Assembly: GCA_965199755.1 (NCBI GenBank)
Contig: CBDASZ010000001.1
Location: 416,001 to 480,000, forward strand
Origin: an uncultured candidatus Porisulfidus sp.
GTDB lineage: Bacteria; Pseudomonadota; Gammaproteobacteria; Poriferisulfidales; Poriferisulfidaceae
Length of the DNA: 64,000 nucleotides
Direction: 5' to 3'
In this document: positions 60,550-64,000 of the stretch, piece after piece
Numbering within the stretch: position 1 is the first letter of the stretch
Layout: each line of letters starts with the position of its first letter
The notes under the pieces: generated by a model
Seen by the model: only the letters and a program-made list of their open reading frames with translations
What the model was told of the DNA's origin: nothing
The model's database searches: none
Translations under genes and position numbers: made by a program

Positions 60550-61241
60550 TGGAATTCGGATCCTGGCGCTGGATCGTGGTCGCCGTGCTGTGCTTTGGGC
60601 TGGGGGTGGCGCTGACGATCTGGCTGCGCCTGCCGCAGAACCTGCCGATCCGTCACGTGTCACTGCATGGCGAGTTCCGCTATGCGGAGAAGGCGGCGCT
60701 GGAACAGATCATCGCCCAGACCATTGACGGCAATCTGGTCACGCAGGATCTGCTGCTGCTGGAGCAGCGGCTCGCGGAATATCCCTGGCTCAGCCATGCG
60801 CGTGTGCGTCGCGACTGGCCGGATACTCTGCAGGTGCATATCTACGAACAGCGCCCGGCCGCAAACTGGGAAGCTGGCGGCTTCCTGAACGCCGAAGGCG
60901 AGTTGTTCACGCCGCGCGAGATCGACAAACTGGACCTGCTGCGTCTGTCCGGTGAGCCGGGTCGCGGGCCGGCGTTAATGGAATTGTCGGCGAAAGTACG
61001 CCGCATGCTGGCACCGCACGGGCTGGAACTGGTGCGCCTGATCGAAAGTCGCCACCGCGTGGTGAGCCTGCAGGTGGAGCCGCAACTGGAACTGGTGCTT
61101 GGGCGCACGCGCCCGTTGCAGCAACTGGCGCGCTGGCTGCGCTATCGCGGCGCTTACGAGCAGCACAGCGTGCGTCCAGCGGCTGTGATTGATTTGCGCT
61201 ATCCCAATGGTTTTGCGGTTCGTCCCGCCACACGTTCCTAG
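60549..61241 (+). CDS. ftsQ: Cell division protein FtsQ
   Basis: TM helix, POTRA domain (VRRDWPD), IDLRYPNGFAV. Confidence 0.93.
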   Translation: MEFGSWRWIVVAVLCFGLGVALTIWLRLPQNLPIRHVSLHGEFRYAEKAALEQIIAQTIDGNLVTQDLLLLEQRLAEYPWLSHARVRRDWPDTLQVHIYEQRPAANWEAGGFLNAEGELFTPREIDKLDLLRLSGEPGRGPALMELSAKVRRMLAPHGLELVRLIESRHRVVSLQVEPQLELVLGRTRPLQQLARWLRYRGAYEQHSVRPAAVIDLRYPNGFAVRPATRS

Positions 61242-61250
61242 GAGACTGGC

Positions 61251-62507
61251 ATGAACAAGTGGCTGGAAAAACTGACGCAGATTCTGCCGGGCTTCGGCGT
61301 GCGCGATCCGGATCAGGTGGTGGCGCTGGACATCGGCAGTTCCAAAGTGCTGGTGGTGGTGGCGCAGCGCGATGAGGAAGGACGCTTGAATCTGGCTGGA
61401 TTCGGTAGCACGGAGGCGCACGGCATACGCGAAGGCGCGGTGGTCAACATTGAAGAGGCGGTCGATTCCATTCGCAGCGCCGTGAATGAAGCGGAAGCGA
61501 TGGCGGAGTGTCTGATTCGCAAGGTCAACGTCAGTCTTGCCGGCGGTCATGTGCAGAGTCTGGATTCCAGCGGCGCGGTACCGGTGCGCGAGGGCGAGAT
61601 CACGCCGGCGCTGGTGGATCAGGTGCTGGACGCGGCCAGCGCGGTCAAGCTGCCGCACAACAAGGAATTGCTGCACGTGCTACCGAAGGAGTTTGGCATT
61701 GATGATCAATATGGCATTCGCACGCCGCTGGGCATGGCCGGAGTGCGGCTTGATGTGCGGGTGCATCTGGTGGCGGTGGGCACGAGCGCGCTGCATAACT
61801 TGCTGAAGTGTACGCGGCTGTGCGGTCTGGACGCGGAGCGGATTGTGCTCGGACCGCTGGCGGCGAGCGACGCGGTGCTGGAGCCTTCGGAGCGCGAATT
61901 GGGTGTGTGTCTGATCGACATGGGCGGCGGCACCTCGGATTTTGTGGTGTACACCAATGGCGCGGTGCAGTACACCGGTAGCATTCCGCTCGGTGGCAAC
62001 CACGTCAATCGCGACATCGCGGTCGCGCTGGGCGCGCGGGTCGACGATGCCGAGCAAGTGAAGATTCAGTACGGGCAAGCACTTTTTGACACGGCTGAAG
62101 AAGACACGATGCTGGCGGTGCCGGGTCTGGGTGAGCGCCCGGACGCCACGGTCGCCAGTTCCTCGCTGGCCGATGTTATCCGCTCGCGCTATGAGGAAAT
62201 TTTCGAACACATCGACGCCGCGCTGCGCGAAGCGGGATTCCGCGACCAGATCCAGGGGGCGGGCGTAGTGCTGACTGGCGGGGCAGCCATGTTGCGGCAT
62301 CTGGACGCGCTGGCCGAGCAGTGCTTTGGACTTCCGGTGCGCATTGGCGCGCCGCGGCAACTACTTAATTCTCAGGATTCTCGATTCCAGCGGCCGATAT
62401 ACGCCGCGGGAATTGGTCTTTTGGGAGAGGGCCATGCGTGGCAGCCCGAACGGGAATCCTCTCCGAAATCATCTTCGTGGCTCTCACGTGTCCGCGAATG
62501 GTTCTAA
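61251..62507 (+). CDS. ftsA: Cell division protein FtsA
   Basis: LDIGSSK, IDMGGGT, VLTGGAA, C-terminal amphipathic WLSRVREWF. Confidence 0.97.
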   Translation: MNKWLEKLTQILPGFGVRDPDQVVALDIGSSKVLVVVAQRDEEGRLNLAGFGSTEAHGIREGAVVNIEEAVDSIRSAVNEAEAMAECLIRKVNVSLAGGHVQSLDSSGAVPVREGEITPALVDQVLDAASAVKLPHNKELLHVLPKEFGIDDQYGIRTPLGMAGVRLDVRVHLVAVGTSALHNLLKCTRLCGLDAERIVLGPLAASDAVLEPSERELGVCLIDMGGGTSDFVVYTNGAVQYTGSIPLGGNHVNRDIAVALGARVDDAEQVKIQYGQALFDTAEEDTMLAVPGLGERPDATVASSSLADVIRSRYEEIFEHIDAALREAGFRDQIQGAGVVLTGGAAMLRHLDALAEQCFGLPVRIGAPRQLLNSQDSRFQRPIYAAGIGLLGEGHAWQPERESSPKSSSWLSRVREWF

Positions 62508-62547
62508 CTTTTCATCAACCCAACTTTTATTTAGGGAGTAATGTGCA

Positions 62548-63876
62548 GTGACTTTATTAAACGAAACGGACGCCAAAGTCCAAACCAACGTAACCGAAGA
62601 GCGTCTTGATGACGCCACGCTGACCTTCAAACTGAGTCCGCGCAAGACCACGGAGGCCCGCATCAAGGTCATTGGCGTGGGCGGCGGCGGTTGCAACGCG
62701 GCGCAGCGGATGGCCTCGGTCGGTATCGATCAGGTCGAGGTGATCGGTGTCAACACTGATTTGCAGCACCTGCGTGAAGCCTGCCCCGACCTGAGCCGGC
62801 GCGTTCAGATCGGCGCGGAGAAGAGCAAGGGGCTCGGTGCGGGCATGGATCCTGAGAAAGGTCTGCAAGCGGCGGAAGAAAGCCGCGAGGAGCTTGAGGA
62901 TCTGGTGCGCGAGACTGATATGCTGTTTCTGACCGCCGGGATGGGCGGCGGCACCGGCACCGGTGCGACGCCGCTGATTGCGGAGTTGGCGCGTTCGAAT
63001 GACGTGCTGACTGTTGCGGTGGTGACGCGACCCTTCAGTTTTGAAGGGAGCAAGCGCTGCAACATTGCCGCGGACGGGATTGAACGGCTGCGTGACTTCG
63101 TGGATGCGGTCATCATCATTCCGAACGATCGACTGCTGAACGAAGAAGAAGATGAAGACAAGCCATTGACGGAAGCCTTCATGGAAGCGAACAAGGTGTT
63201 GCACAACGCGGTGCGGGGGATCTCCGATCTGGTGACGCGACCGGGACAGATCAACACCGACTTCGCCGATGTGCGCAAGGTGATGGAGAATCAGGGTCTG
63301 GCCATCATGGGCACGGGTTCAGCCAGCGGTGTCGGCCGCGCCGAAGAAGCGGTGCATCAGGCCGTCAACAGCCAACTGCTGGAAGAAGTGCGCTTCACCA
63401 ACGCGAGCGGCATTCTGATCAATATCACGACCAACGGCAGTCTGACTGTTCGCGAGTATCGCAGTGTGGTGGATGCCTTGAACACAATGTGTCGCGAGGA
63501 TGCGAATATTGTTCCGGGCACGGTGCTGGATACGTCGCTAGACGACGAGACGCTGGAAGTGACCATTGTGGTGGCTGGCTTTGAGTCGGCAGGTGAGTCC
63601 GCTTCGGCGACACCGCAACAGAAACCGACCGTGATTCCGATGCTGAAACCCGCAGCGCCGAAGGCGGAGCAGCGTGTTGAGGAAGCCAAACAGCCTGAGC
63701 CATCCGTGGCAGGGCCGGAGGCGGTGGCCGAGGAAGAGGAAGCCCAGCCTCAAGTCGCGGCGGTGCCCATGACGGAAGGCGCGACCGCGCTGAAGCCGCA
63801 GCAGCCGGACTGGAACAACGGCAAGACACAGGCAACCTTCAACATTCCGACCTATTTGCGCAAGCAGCATGACTGA
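62548..63876 (+). CDS. ftsZ: Cell division protein FtsZ
   Basis: IKVIGVGGGGCNA, GMGGGTGTG, DFADV, C-terminal IPTYLRKQ; start uncertain. Confidence 0.98.
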   Translation: MTLLNETDAKVQTNVTEERLDDATLTFKLSPRKTTEARIKVIGVGGGGCNAAQRMASVGIDQVEVIGVNTDLQHLREACPDLSRRVQIGAEKSKGLGAGMDPEKGLQAAEESREELEDLVRETDMLFLTAGMGGGTGTGATPLIAELARSNDVLTVAVVTRPFSFEGSKRCNIAADGIERLRDFVDAVIIIPNDRLLNEEEDEDKPLTEAFMEANKVLHNAVRGISDLVTRPGQINTDFADVRKVMENQGLAIMGTGSASGVGRAEEAVHQAVNSQLLEEVRFTNASGILINITTNGSLTVREYRSVVDALNTMCREDANIVPGTVLDTSLDDETLEVTIVVAGFESAGESASATPQQKPTVIPMLKPAAPKAEQRVEEAKQPEPSVAGPEAVAEEEEAQPQVAAVPMTEGATALKPQQPDWNNGKTQATFNIPTYLRKQHD

Positions 63877-64000
63877 GCCAGGCGGCTTCTTATCAAAGGA
63901 GAAGCTACCGAGCGCGCTTGCGCGAAATAGGCGCAGGTGAGCGGGTTTGGTGCGCAGTGCACAGGAAATGATGCAATTTTCTCAATTTTCTTGTAATATA

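Noticed and set aside
48097-63870. Long antisense ORFs across the dcw cluster (for example 48097-49413 and 57555-58637)
   Set aside because: Shadow frames typical of GC-rich coding DNA, with no recognisable motifs

Overview
Chromosomal window of a GC-rich gammaproteobacterium. It is mostly core genome: anmK-M23-tyrS, the aa3 cytochrome c oxidase cluster, trxA, ratAB-bamE-recN-nadK-grpE-dnaK-dnaJ-dapB, recA-recX-alaS-lysC-csrA, rsmI-rnpB and a full mraZ-to-ftsZ dcw cluster. Four accessory blocks interrupt it. (1) 1-3690: defence island with an SF1 helicase tail, an HTH-fused Dcm, Vsr, an EcoRII-like endonuclease and an ImmA/IrrE-like remnant. (2) 15950-17073: two orphan ICE-type genes beside tRNA-fMet. 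(3) 28115-35840: a complete type II-C CRISPR-Cas9 locus (32 repeats, cas2, cas1, 1073-aa cas9, tracrRNA). The array starts 36 nt after tRNA-Ser(TGA), and its spacers are very irregular (about 10-55 nt, several containing repeat fragments). (4) 41520-44080: after tRNA-Ser(GCT), a WYL regulator, a perfect 27-bp palindrome, a 320-bp hairpin-dense spacer, a DUF6569/ARPP-1-like gene and a collapsed paralogue. The best candidates for new biology are the WYL/structured-RNA/ARPP-1 module and the tRNA-abutting irregular array, though the array irregularity may be a consensus artefact. All family calls come from motif recognition by eye; no searches were run.
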